64,000 bases of DNA from Podarcis cretensis (GCA_951804945.1 OX638156.1:26040001-26104000), one strand, 5' to 3'; counted from the stretch's first letter, positions 25,211 to 36,973 are shown. The notes: generated by a model from the sequence alone, not told the origin. Program-made: numbers and translations.

Positions 25211-25440
25211 GTTCATCTTAGGTTGGGTAGTTCGCAAGTCTCTATGGCTTTGTTTAATGTTTTGTATTTTTCTCAGAAGTTTGATAAAGTATATATAGTT
25301 ATTGTTCTGTGTATATTAATTGTCAACTTGTTGCATGAGTCTCAATGGGAAACTACCAGGGCCCCATCAAAATTTACAAGAATTCAGTTACAAGAATTCT
25401 GTGTGCAGGCTATGGCAACTCTTCTCTTTTGCATTTTTAG

Positions 25441-25660
25441 CCCCTAAGTCACCTGGGGAGAAGACCCGCTACGACACGTCGCTTGGCCTGCTAACCAAGA
25501 AGTTCATCCACTTGCTCAGTGAGTCGGAGGATGGTGTGTTGGACCTGAACCGGGCTGCCGAGGTGCTGGATGTCCAGAAGCGGCGCATCTACGATATCAC
25601 CAATGTCCTGGAGGGGATTCAGCTCATTCGGAAGAAATCCAAAAACAACATTCAATGGAT
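25441..25660 (+). CDS. E2F2: E2F2 coding exon 3 (winged-helix DNA-binding domain)
   Basis: TTTTTAG acceptor, GTAAGT donor at 25661. 220 nt encoding [21 protein letters not shown]...[28 protein letters not shown], with the E2F RRIYD signature. Phase fits exon 2. Confidence 0.98.
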
Positions 25661-26233
25661 GTAAGTGTGTTGGGGAACTGGGAGCAGACCCATGCCGCCC
25701 AGTGCCTTAGCTGCTGGACCCCTGGTGAAAAACTACAGCTAAGGGAATTGCAGCCTTGCACAGTGAGCTTGGCAGGATACGATAGGGACAAGAATAATAC
25801 CCCTCCCCTTTCTCCCCAAAAGGGCTAGAAACCTCATTAGGGGAATACATTACGCCATAATTGTTTTGTGAGTATGTGGTGGTGCTGTCATTTGAGAAAG
25901 TTATGAACAGATGCCATATTTCAATAGTCACCCAATACAGCAACCTTGGTTTGGACATAATTTACTTTTAGGTGTTCTTTTCTTTTTCTTTTTTTACACA
26001 GTTGACCAAATTTGACCAACATCCTTCTAAGTCCACTTTTGTTCAAAGACAGCACACAACCAGGCCATCGGCGTAAAGCAGAATGGACACTTGCCAAGAG
26101 AGGGAGAAAAGTCCCAAGTCCCATTTAGGACTTTAATGTGTTTGGTCAATTTCTCTACCATTGGCACTGTCCATACCATTTGTCTCTTTAGTGAAAGCTG
26201 CAGAAGATCCAAGTTTTAACTTCTTTTTAATTA

Positions 26234-26483
26234 CAATCGTACCTTGGAAGTTGAACGGAATCCGTTCCGGAAATCCGTTCAACTTCCAAAACGTTTGAAA
26301 ATCAAAGTGCAGCTTCTGATTGGCTGCAGGAAGCTCCTGCAGCCAATTGGAAGCTGCAGAAGCCCTATTGGATGTTCGGCTTCCAAAAATAGTTCACAAA
26401 CCAGAACAGTCATTTCTGGCTTTGCAGCATTTGGGAGCCAAAACTTTCGAGAACTGAGCTGTTCGAAAACCAAGGTACGACTG
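26234..26483. mobile_element. Tc1/mariner (Tigger-like) MITE
   Basis: TIRs CAATCGTACCTTGG / CCAAGGTACGACTG flanked by TA. Confidence 0.88.
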
Positions 26484-26644
26484 TACTGTTTCTAACGTAC
26501 ATTCTATGTAAACTGCTTAGAGCTTTTGACGATGAAGTGGTATATATTAAATCCTGTTGAAGAAATTAAAATAATGATAAAGTTCTGAATGCAGCAAAAT
26601 GCAGTTCTGCGCTCATTCAGTGTATGTTTTGATTTGCTACCCAG

Positions 26645-26803
26645 GGGAACAGGGATTTTTGAGGACTCCTCTGCGGCAACGAAGCAGCAGGCATTGCGGC
26701 AGGAGCTGACGGAGCTCTCCAAGACCGAGAGGATGCTGGACAAGCTCATCCACGAGTGCACACTTCAGCTGAAGCACCTGACAGATGAAGAAACAAATCA
26801 GAG
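26645..26803 (+). CDS. E2F2: E2F2 coding exon 4 (DP-dimerisation coiled coil)
   Basis: CCAG acceptor. 159 nt encoding GTGIFEDSSAATKQQALRQELTELSKTERMLDKLIHECTLQLKHLTDEETNQR. Ends at the U12 donor ATATCCTT. Confidence 0.93.
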
Positions 26804-28004
26804 ATATCCTTTAGAGGCCCAGGAGGTTCTGGAGAAGTTGGGTGGGAGTCTGGGGAACTGGCTTCTGTCCTCCATGAACAATGTGGCTCTCATGAGAATT
26901 GTTGGATTCCAGCTTCCATCAGCCCCAGATAGCAAGGGTGCTTCCCAGCCAAAGGAATACTCGTGGCAGATGGCTAAGCCTTTATTGTCAAAGATAACAC
27001 TTACAGTCACTTCTACAGCTCTGGATACCTATGCACCCCAATCCAGTTATTCCCGGGTCCTCACTCTCTAGAGCAGTAGCATCAACATGGGTCCACTCCC
27101 CTCCACCAGTTTATATATCTTCCCCCAATGGGCTGTGTTAAGGGTATCGGGTAGTTGCTTGAGAACAATCAGGCAAGATGCCTCACTAGTCTGTGCTAAA
27201 GCTTTCTTATTGGTGCTAAAAAACCTTTGCAAAGCAGAGCGCCTCTATTCCAAGTCTTGCTCATTCACTGGCAGAATCTGAGAGTGGGTGGTGCTTAAAT
27301 CTTCCCAGTCTTGACCCCCAGTCTGCGCCTCCCCTCTCTGCGCGGAAGCCTACTGTGCAAGGACGGCTTGGGTAAAGGAGGACCTCCCTCTTCCCCGCTT
27401 TGCTCCGGCAAGGTGTCCTGTCACCGCCTTGCCTCCTCCGAGCCCTGCATCTCCTCTCCACTAGAGGCGTGGCTTCCTTCCCCCACAATCTCTGGGGGCT
27501 CTCTGTAATCCATCCAGCTTTTCCCCTCTCGCCCCTGAGCCAATGGCAGTTCCCTGTCAGGCTGCATGCATGCAGCCAGAGACTGTGCCTGTGTGGCAAC
27601 TTCCTCTGCTCTTCCCTTTTCATTTCCCTCCTGGTTCTAGGGGACAGTGGTGCAGGAGAGGGTGGGGAAGCACCTGGCCCTTCACTTGCCTGATCTGCCT
27701 CTTCCTCGTCCCTAAGGAAGAGGTTTCCTTAAGTTTCCTAAGTTTCCCCTGCCTCTTGATTCTTGCCTCCTGGGTGGTACAGGTGCCCACAGATCACGGT
27801 GTCACTCTCCTGAGTCAGACGCCAGCCCTCTTTCCTCCAGGGCACACTCATCAGCATCCTGCTAGTAGTCCCTGACGCATTTGCCAGGCATGATGGGAGT
27901 TGGAGTCATGTTACATCTAGAGAACACCATGTTGGCTTACCTCTGCCTGAGCTGATTCTGGATACGGGTGCCTGGTGTTTTCTTTAACTTCTGCCCTGCC
28001 CTAC
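26804..28004 (+). other. U12-type (minor spliceosome) AT-AC intron of E2F2
   Basis: 5' end ATATCCTTT, branch-point-like TTCTTTAAC at 27980-27988, 3' end CTAC. Removing it joins AG|G (Arg) and restores the frame into [10 protein letters not shown]. Confidence 0.93.
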
Positions 28005-28119
28005 GCTAGCATATGTCACATATCAGGATATCCGGGCCATCAGCAACTTCAACGAGCAGACGGTGATTGTGGTCAGAGCCCCACCAGAAACCCGGCTGGA
28101 GGTGCCAGACGTTTGCGAG
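28005..28119 (+). CDS. E2F2: E2F2 coding exon 5 (marked box)
   Basis: 115 nt encoding [44 protein letters not shown] donor at 28120. Confidence 0.95.
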
Positions 28120-28202
28120 GTGAGATTGCAAGATTGGGTTGTGGGGCAAGAGTATAAATAATGTAAGAAGAGCCTGCTGGATCAGGCCAATGTCCCATCT
28201 AG

Positions 28203-28449
28203 AAGAAGAAGAAGAGTTTGGATTTGATATCCCGCCTTTCACTCCCTTTAAGGAGTCTCAAAGCGGCTAACATTCTCCTTTCCCTTCCTCCCCCACAACA
28301 AACACTCTGTGAGGTGAGTGGGGCTGAGAGACTTCAGAGAAGTGTGACTAGCCCAAGGTCACCCAGCAGCTGCATGTGGAGGAGCGGAGACGCGAACCCG
28401 GTTCCCCAGATTACAAGACTACCGCTCTTAACCACTACACCACACTGAC
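28203..28449 (-). mobile_element. tRNA-derived SINE with L2-type 3' end and (TTC)n tail, inserted in a CR1 3' fragment
   Basis: Minus-strand A-box TGGTGTAGTGGTTAAGAGC and B-box GGTTCGCGTCT; short TCTAG duplication. Relatives at ~9340, ~19240, ~20080, ~37080 and ~55880. Confidence 0.75.
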
Positions 28450-28638
28450 TCTAGTCCAGCATCTTATTTTCAGTGGCCCCACCAGTTGCCTATGGGAAAG
28501 CCCTCCGGCACACCTGAGCAGTTTCCAGCAACTGATATTCAGAAGCATCCTGCCTCCAGCTGTGGGCCTAGAGATATCCCTCAGGGCCAGTAGCCATCAA
28601 TTGCCTTATCCTTTATGAATTTGTTAAGCCCTATTTTC

Positions 28639-29272
28639 TTCCTTTTTTTTAATTGACGTTCTTATGTCACGTATGCATACATTAGCCTATTACATTACAG
28701 GGCATATTATAATATAATTTCCAACATGTATACAAATATAATTTCCAACATGTATACATGTATACAAAGTTTATATACCAAATTTATGTACCTAAAGAAA
28801 GAAAAAAGGGGGGGAAAGGAAAAAAAAGACTTAAGCCATTTCAAAATAATATTTGTACCAACACTGTGGATTTCCTGTCAATCTCATATATTCTTTTTTT
28901 ACAAATGAATTTACTCTTATTATTGTACATTTCATCTAATTCCTATATCAATATGTACCCTTAATCTTGTTTCTCAACTCATTTTCTCTCCAGCGTCAAT
29001 CGAATGCTAGCATAGATAGCGAACCTTTACTATATTTTTGAACATATATCTTATATCTATCCCATTTTTTCATAAATTTTTGTTTTGAATTTCCTCTCAG
29101 GCTATTTGTCAACTGCGCCATTTCAGCAAATTCTTGTAGTTTATTATGGCAGTCCATTATTGTTGGGGCTTCTTCTTCCTTCCACCCCTTTGCTACCAAA
29201 GTCCGGGCTGCAGCCGTTGCATATAAAAATACCTCTCTAAAGGCCTTCGGGATGTCCCTGCCAACAATACTC
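28639..29272 (-). mobile_element. L1-clade LINE, 5'-truncated (ORF2 C-terminus + 3'UTR)
   Basis: Minus strand encodes VFLYATAAARTLVAKGWKEEEAPT...KKWDRY; poly(A) tail; 16-bp TSD GTTAAGCCC(T/G)ATTTTC (28623-28638, 29273-29288). Confidence 0.82.
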
Positions 29273-29361
29273 GTTAAGCCCGATTTTCAAGCCATCCAAG
29301 TTGATGGCCACCACTGTCTCCTTTTTTTTTTTTTTTTTGCCTGCCTCTGGGTAGCATTAGA

Positions 29362-29592
29362 ATACTAGAATTGTTGAGTTGGAAGAGACCCTGTGGGTCA
29401 TCTAGTCCAACCCCCTGCAATGCAGAAATCTCAACTAAAGCATCTGTGACAGGTGGCCAGCCGGCCTCTGCTCGGAAACCTCCAATGAGGGAAGAGTCCA
29501 CCACCTCCCGAGGAAGTCCATTCCACTGTCAAACAGCTCTTACTGTCAGAAAGTTCTTCCTGTGTTTAGTTGGAATCTCCTTTCTTGTAACT
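29362..29592 (-). mobile_element. CR1 LINE 3' fragment
   Basis: Minus strand reads ...AAGAACTTTCTGACAGTAAGAGCTGTTTGACAGTGGAA... and ends TGCATTGCAGGGGGTTGGACTAGATGACC...TTCCAACTC. Confidence 0.8.
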
Positions 29593-29807
29593 CAAAGAGT
29601 GGCTTCACAAGATGAGAGCTAGCATAGCACTAGCGGCTAAGAGACTTCTCTGTGCATCGGGGAGTCCTGGGTTCAAATCCCACATCTGTCATGAACTTAC
29701 AAGGTGACCCATAGGCATGCCACTTTTATTTCAGCCTCAGTTTCTCTTCCTTCCCTCTGTAAATGGAATATCATAATAATAATGCTCGCCTACATTGCGG
29801 CATAGGA

Positions 29808-30161
29808 GGGACCGGGTGGTGCTGTGGGTTAAACCACTGAGCCTAGGACTTGCCGATCAGAAGGTCGGCGGTTTGAATCCCCGTGACGGGGTGAGCTCCC
29901 GTTGCTCGGTCCCTGCTCCTGCCAGCCTAGCAGTTCAAAAGCACGTCAAAGTGCAAGTAGATAAGTAGGGACCGCTCCGGCGGGAAAGTAAACGGCATTT
30001 CGGTGCGCTGCCCTGGTTCGCCAGGAGTGGCTTAGTCATGCTTGCCACATGACCCAGAAGCTGTACATCGGCTCTCTCGGCCAATAAAGCGAGATGAGTG
30101 CCGCAACCCCAGAGTCGTCCGCCACTGGACCTAATGGTCAGGGGTTCCTTTACCTTTACTT
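29808..30161 (+). mobile_element. Sauria-type SINE (subfamily 'A'), full length
   Basis: 13-bp TSD TACATTGCGGCAT (29791-29803, 30162-30174); TTTACC tail. Confidence 0.92.
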
Positions 30162-30480
30162 TACATTGCGGCATGGACCCTATTACCATGTTATTGACAG
30201 CTTGGTAGGGCCCTGTTTCCTAAGTATAATGTAGCCTGGTAGAACATAGGAAACTGCTTTGAACTGCCTATTTGTCCAACTACCCTAATACTGTCCACTC
30301 TGACTAGCAGCTTCTTCCTGGGTATTTAAGCCTTCCCCATGTAATGTGGCCTCCTGGGGGAAGGGGGGGGGTGATAGCTTACCTTCCTAGCCTCTGCCCC
30401 AGATCTCAGTGAGTTGTGTTTGGCTTGGTAGGTGACACGTTGTTCTCTAGTCTCACACCGCTTTCATCTTTTCTGGCCAG

Positions 30481-30628
30481 GAGAACGTCCAGCTGCATCT
30501 GAAAAGCAACAACGGCCCCATTGAGGTATACCTCTGTCCTGAGGAAATCCTGGAGGAGAGCCCAGCCAAGGAAGGCAGCTTCCCTGCTCCAGCACCCCAG
30601 GAGAGCAGCAACCCCCCGACAGTGAAAG
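30481..30628 (+). CDS. E2F2: E2F2 coding exon 6
   Basis: CCAG acceptor at 30480. 148 nt encoding ENVQLHLKSNNGPIEVYLCPEEILEESPAKEGSFPAPAPQESSNPPTVK. GTAAAA donor at 30629 (phase 1, fits exon 7). Confidence 0.9.
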
Positions 30629-31649
30629 GTAAAATCTTGGGGGTCTGGATAACCAATGCCTTGGCACTTTTGCACCAGTGGATTGTATTTTGGTTTCTGC
30701 AAGGTGTCTCTGCAGACCCCCCCCTCCACCTTTCCAGCAATGCTCTCCAAACTGGTTTATTTGCTTGTCTCAGGGCAGAGCGCCCTGGGCCAAAGCATCC
30801 TTCCTTGGGTCCCTTCCTGCTTAACCCGGCAACAGTACCCAGTAGTTGGGTCTTGTGGCCACCTTTTTTCATTTCCTACAATGCCCTGCACTGTAGCTCC
30901 CGAATCTGCTGCGATGCTAAACAAGGCAAGGCAAGCAGACGGGTTAGGAGTCTCCAAGGAACTCTTGCCTGATAGCAGAATCCGCATACAAAGTCAGACA
31001 GGCTAGAGAACAGGGAATCCAGATGGACACAGAGCCAAGGGTCCAGATGGAGAGCAGGAAGCAGCAAGGTAGGGCCGGGAACTACAAGCATTGTTTCCAG
31101 CATCTGACTGTTGCTCTAAGCTCTGCTTCAGAAGGCTGAAGCCAGCTGGTTCTCAGCAGTGCCTTCTCTGAGTCCTTGAAGGCTGATCAGCTGCTGGTGG
31201 AGTCACTCTGCCTTCTCCCCCTTCAGGCTGCTGTTCAGCAGGCAAGGCTGACTACTGGCCCATGACAATTACTGCCTCTGATCGTGGAGACAGAACATAG
31301 CCATCATAGTCAGTAGCCATGAACTTGTCCTCTTGTGTGTTATTCTGATCCTCCATCCAAGTTGGTGGCCATCCTTGCCTGCTGTGGAAGGCAGTTCCAT
31401 CGTTTATGTGCTGCAGAAAGAGGACTTTTATCTGTCCTGAAATCTTCAGCTTCACTGGATGTCCATGAATGTCTTGAGAGAGGGAGAAAGCCCTTTCGCT
31501 CCCCATTTTCTCCATGCAATGCACAATTGTATAAACTTTTCTTATGTCACCTCTTGCCTAAAAAAACCCCCAGTGCTGCAACCCTTCCTCATAGGGACAT
31601 TGTTCCAACCCCTTGAAACTGTTGGGGCTCCCTGCCTTCTGCTTCTCCC

Positions 31650-31652
<3 letters not shown>

Positions 31653-31688
<36 letters not shown>

Positions 31689-32099
31689 TTTTTATTTATA
31701 CCCGGCCCTTCCCGGTTCAAAAACTGGCCTCAGGGCGGCTAACAACAAATTTAAAACTCTTAATTGTAAAAGCAGCATAAAACGCAGTATAAAAACATGA
31801 ATAACAATAAAATTCGAAAATCAATTAGATAATCCCCAGGGCTAGCTGGCTGAATTGGTCCTACTTGGGCCAGCGAGGAGGCCAGGGGAGAATTAGCTGT
31901 GGGGTCTCAGCGCGGGTAATCTTCATAAAAGGGGAGGGGGAGGGAAGAGAAGGGAAATAAAAGATCAGGCTGAGTTCAAATTAAAGGCCAGGCGGAATAG
32001 CTGTCTTACAGGCCGGGTGAAAGGAGGTTAAATCCTGTAGGGCCCTAGTCCCATGGGACAGAACATTCCACCAGGTTCGGAGCCATCACTGAGAAGACC
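31653..32099 (-). mobile_element. L2-like LINE 3' end with (ATT)n tail
   Basis: (AAT)n at 31650-31688; 11-bp TSD CTTCTCCCAAT (31642-31652, 32100-32110). Confidence 0.75.
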
Positions 32100-32155
32100 C
32101 TTCTCCCAATGGGTACCAGCCACCACTCCTCCCTTCTGTTTGTGTCTTTCCCCAG

Positions 32156-32403
32156 TCGAGACCGTGAAGACTGAGCTGCCCAGCTGCCTGATGGAGGGGG
32201 AAGACGGCTTCCTCGAGCTGCCCCACCACCTCCTGCAACAGACCGAGGACCAACTCCCTTCCGCTTCCTATGGTGACGTGGGGCCCTTTGTCACCTTCTC
32301 CCCTCCCCTCGACCAGGAGGACTACCTGTGGGGGCTGGAGGAGGGCGAGGGCGTCAGCGACTTATTTGAGGCCTACGACTTGGGCGACCTGCTAAAGAAT
32401 TGA
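32156..32403 (+). CDS. E2F2: E2F2 last coding exon (transactivation / pocket-protein-binding domain)
   Basis: CCCAG acceptor. Ends [30 protein letters not shown], the E2F2-type Rb-binding tail. Exons 2-7 total 996 nt with no internal stop. Confidence 0.95.
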
Positions 32404-34718
32404 GCCCCCAGGATCCCCAGGTCCTTCTCATGGTGCTAATTCCCTCCACTCCAGAGCCTCGGGGCTTTTCTGCCTTGGGGCACCTGCTTGCATTTGGGCC
32501 CAGCGGAACCTGCCTGCCAAGACCTCCACAAGCAGCTCTCCAAGAGATCCTTATTCATCTCAGGCTTTTCTGAAACCGTCGTGGACGTTGTGCGTGACAC
32601 TCACCCCCCCCCCCTTAATCCAATGAGAAGTGCCAACAGCTGCCATGGGGGGACCCCCCTCCCACTCCTTTTCCTTCTGCAGAGGTTGCAAGCTGGATGA
32701 TTATCCCTCCACTCCACTCGTGGGGCCAGTAGCTATAATAGCCCATGTCTGTGACTTTTCTAGGGACCCTTGAAAGCTTAACCCCATGATGCGTCCTTGT
32801 TTTGCTCCAATTTCTCGCCGAGGCAGAAATGGTCCATTTAGGGCAGTATCGGTAGCACCCGGTGTGTTTATGGCTGGCAAAGCAACTGTGCTAATCCCAG
32901 CAGCAGATTTGCCCTTTTCCTTGGCTTTGGCACCCTGAAATTATGGGCCAATCTGCCGGGAGAAGTAATACTTTTAACAACTGCTTGGCACAGGGTACTC
33001 TCCTGCGATTCCTCTCCAAGTATCATTCCTGTGGCACGATGTGTCTGAGCTAAAAGCCCATCCTGGTGAAGCCGATTAAACTTGAAACTTCCTTTCCAGT
33101 GCGCTCTGGTATGAAGCTGCAAGGTCGCATGCTTCCTCCGAATGCACCATGTGACGCTCTAAATCTGAAATGAATGGCTGGGGAACCTGTTAGACTGCAG
33201 CTCCCATCACTCCAGGCTGGCTAGGGCTGATGGGACTTGTTGTTGAACACTGGGAGGACCACAGGTTCTCTCCTGTATCAGGAGGGTAGGGGAAGGTTTC
33301 CTTTGTCTCCTACGGTAGCTAGAACAAGGTGAGGTTGGCTTATTTTTTGCAGGCTGAGTTCTAAGCAAGCCGTGCACATCCCTTGCTAAGACGTCTATGG
33401 AGAGGCTAAGCTGCACTTTTTGGACTTAAGCCATGCAAAGTGATCTGTCCTCTTCATTTCCAAGGGTAGCCTCATCCTTGGAAATGGAGCCATTTCTGGT
33501 TGGTGGAACCCTGCTCCTTGTTTCAAATAGTTCTGCCTTGGGCAAAGCATTATTTCTTCCGCTAGAGTTGTCTGACCCCTCCGGACATTGTCAGACTCCA
33601 ACTCCCACCAGCCCCGATCAGCAGTGTTATTGATGAGGGATGATGGGAGTTGGAGTCCCAGCAACTTCCAGAAGGCCAGAGGGTTCCGCATCCCTGCACT
33701 GTAGCCCCCGTCCCAAATTTAGGTACACCAGAAGATGTAATCTCTCGTCATTCATAATCGCTAGATGTAGTAGCTCACCCTTGAGGTGTTGGAGGAACTC
33801 AGCTGGAAAGTTTGTGACCCTTAAAGCAGGGATTGGGATACCTTTGGCCCTCCAGATGTTGTTGGACTCCCAACATCTGGAGAGGACTGCAGATTCCCCA
33901 ACTCTGCCTTATTGGTTCAGTTCGATTTTAATCTTCAACCTCACCATTGTCACCAAATCCTCCTGCCTAACAGAGCCTTATTTCTTTGTATCGGGGCTCG
34001 TCATCTTTGGGTATCAAAGGTGGCTGTCCAGTTCCTTAATTTGGCTTAGTAAGTGAGCGAGCAAGGCCTTTTCCCAAGCTTTTCCCATCCATGACCAAGA
34101 AATATAAAACAGGGAAGCTCTTTTGGCTGGACCCATTGCTGTAGGAGCCTAGAAGCTTTGGAGTTGCATAGAATTTGTCTGGCAAGCACAAAACCTTGCT
34201 GGTTCTTCTTGCTGTGTTCATTGCTCTCTAAAAGTTGATGTCCCGCCAGTTCTTGTCTAGCAGAGCTAGACAAGACACAAGCCAGTCCCTGAAAAGACCA
34301 TCTTTCTATTCTCCCTAGAAACGTTTAGTGAAAGTCTCTGAACATCACATTATGTGGGGAGCTTTCCCACCTTTGCTTCATGCATTGTCAGCTGCGACTG
34401 TAAAATAGCAGCATGATGAACCATCAAGCCCAAGCATCCAGTTTGTCTAGATCATCTATGAGAGAAAGTTGGGGTGCAATTTAGATGCATCATTCTTGAT
34501 GACTGACCTTGCCGTCTGGGTCTGGTGGGAGCAGTGGTCTCAAAACATCTGGAATGGCCACAGGTTCCCCATCTCTGCTATAGGGGATGCATACTTTCTC
34601 AGGGAACAATGGTTTCATTTGTTCTGATGCTCCTGACCAAATAACATGCTGCCTTTGGAGGTGCTGCTGCTCTGAACTGTTCCTTGTGTCTCTCTCTGTC
34701 TCTCTTTCCTTGTCTGTA

Positions 34719-34763
34719 ACACACACACACACACACATACAGAGAGAGAGAGAGAGAGAGAGA
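34719..34763 (+). repeat. Compound (CA)n(GA)n microsatellite in the putative 3'UTR
   Basis: Read directly from the sequence. Confidence 0.92.
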
Positions 34764-36967
34764 ACACTTCTTTGTGGAATGAATCGAGAGTCTTGGAACC
34801 AAACGTTTTGTTTGGGTATTTATGGTAAGTGACAGTGCCTGACGGTGGAGATTTGGAAACACTCTTCCTTGCAGCCTCATTTACTCTGAATCCACGATTG
34901 CAGGTGTAGTACTTTGATTGGAGGTCTGTCACCGTGAGTGCCATTCAGGGAGAACTGGGCAGTTGAACTTACAGTAGAGGGTACACAGCCATCCGTCAAC
35001 ATGTCTGGTGCCTACCTGATCTTCAAAGCACAATTTGCACCCCAATTTGAACAGATCCTCAATCCACATACTCCTTGTCCTCATGGTGCATGACACCAAA
35101 TTCCACGAATAAGTTAAGCTGGTCTTTAAATCATAGGATTTGAGCCATGGGTTTGCCTCCTGATGATCACTTCTTCCATGGCTGAATTAGGCTTAGTTTT
35201 TACTGGAGCAGCAAACCTGCATCAGGTCTATAGCACTTCAGGCTGCAGGAGGAACTTGCATAATACATATTGTTCTCCTGTGTTTATTTTTAAATGTTCC
35301 TGCATGTGGAAAATGGGATGTTAAGGGTGTGGGCCTGCCCTTTTCTTCTGGCATGCTAGTTTTCTGCTTGCAAAGACTTGTTTTGTTGTTGGAGCATTAG
35401 GTCATGGCAGTCCCCACCGGCAGTTTGCCATGTTCAAATCTAGGCGGATGGAAGTGCAATACCTCAGTAAGGACTAGGAGTTTGTTGTAGCACTAAATAA
35501 TCAAGCAATAATCTGAAGGTGTGGATTGCAGGAAAGTGAGACTGACTAGTTGCTGCCTTGGACTGTGTGGCCTGCTGCTGATATCTGCTGTTTCCACTAG
35601 CAGGGATCAGCTTGACACAGTCCCTGCACGACAACAAGTGTGTTGAGTGAATGCAGCCCTCCTTTGCAAAACATCTTTTCCTGATACAGCACATTAAAAT
35701 ATCTGGAAAGTGTTCCATTCCCTAATTCATTAGGGAAACATAAAAGGGTGAAAATTGTGCTTTGAGGAGAAGATTCCATGTACATTATTTATCTTTTTCA
35801 GTGAGTTGTTTGTTCCCTGCAGCTACTGTAAAGAAAGAAAGAAAGATGGGCTTCATCCTAAGGTGGCCCAGCCAATCAGGGCTTACTTTGCATTTTGAAA
35901 TCACACCATCATGTGACCAAATACACCAGTTGCGTGGAACACCATTCAGTTCTTAGTACCCTCCCAAATTAATGGGACACAGAGCATGAATTCATCCTGG
36001 ATTCAACCACTGGGTTGCCAGTTGCCAACCTCACTTTAAACTCTGATAGCTCATTAATTTGGTATAGATTATTTTGAGGCTTGTCTGGAAAGCTGGGGGG
36101 TGGGGGTGGGAATGGGCATGAAAGTCTTAGGTAAGAAATGCCACAGTGCTGTTTTTTGGGGGGGAGGTATTCATTCCTTTTCTGCGACAGAAGGACACTT
36201 AAGGGCTATGTGTTATATACCTGTTTGAAAATAAGCTTTTGGAACTGAATTGTCTTAATTGATTTATTTGCATAGATGAGGTTCTTTACTTTGTACATAG
36301 CAAAATGAATTGTGAGTTTGGGGCTTCATCAACCCTTCTGGGATACCAAATTTCTGCAGCATTCAGTTGCCTGCAATTGTTTCAAAATGTGGTTTGGTGT
36401 AGACCTGGCACCTTCCAGGTGTTTTGAACTACCAGCACAGTTGTTGTCCAAAACATCTGGAGTGCACCAGGTTGGGGGAGGCTGTTTTCTAGAATACTTA
36501 TTTCTCCATGTTCCTGTTTCACTGGATGGTGTTGGGGTTTTTTTAACCAGTTTCTGAATCTAGATTGTAATACGGGTTGAGCATGCGCCAACAATGAAAT
36601 CGCAGCTCAACTTTAGTCTTAATTCACCATATGTTCAGAGAAGAGGGAGGCCTGTTTTGATTCTTCAGTGCTTCCCCCTGTGTACAAGGCCTTTAACATG
36701 TTATTTGGGCCCAACGTTGTCCCCGGTCCTGTCTTAAATATTGTAAAAAGTTGTATATAATCATTGCACTGTATTTATAATGGAATCCCTCTTTGACACT
36801 GTTCTGCTGTGTGGCTTTTGTTTGGGACTGAGTATTTAAAGACTTCTAGGTTTTCTGTAACTTTTGGCCTGGTGGGTGGAGATGTATGTGAGGGTTTTGT
36901 TTTGTTTTGTTTTGTTCTAAACTTGAGGCACTTGGTGATGTGTGTTTTGTGAACAACAGCAAAAAGA

Positions 36968-36973
36968 AATAAA
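36968..36973 (+). terminator. Polyadenylation signal (candidate, E2F2)
   Basis: AATAAA with U-rich sequence upstream and a GU/U-rich tract (GGTTTTTTTGTATTTTGTTGTG, ~37025-37046) downstream. Confidence 0.6.

Noticed and set aside
25043-25447. Poly-Asn/poly-Lys ORF (and the poly-Ile ORF at 31459-31800)
   Set aside because: Translations of (AAT)n/(AAG)n microsatellite tails of retroelements.
26589-27071. 160-aa ORF as a single long exon
   Set aside because: E2F similarity covers only 26645-26803; the rest is intron on either side.
23047-32403. Identity as E2F1 or E2F3
   Set aside because: The C-terminus [25 protein letters not shown] and the adjacency to ASAP3 fit E2F2.
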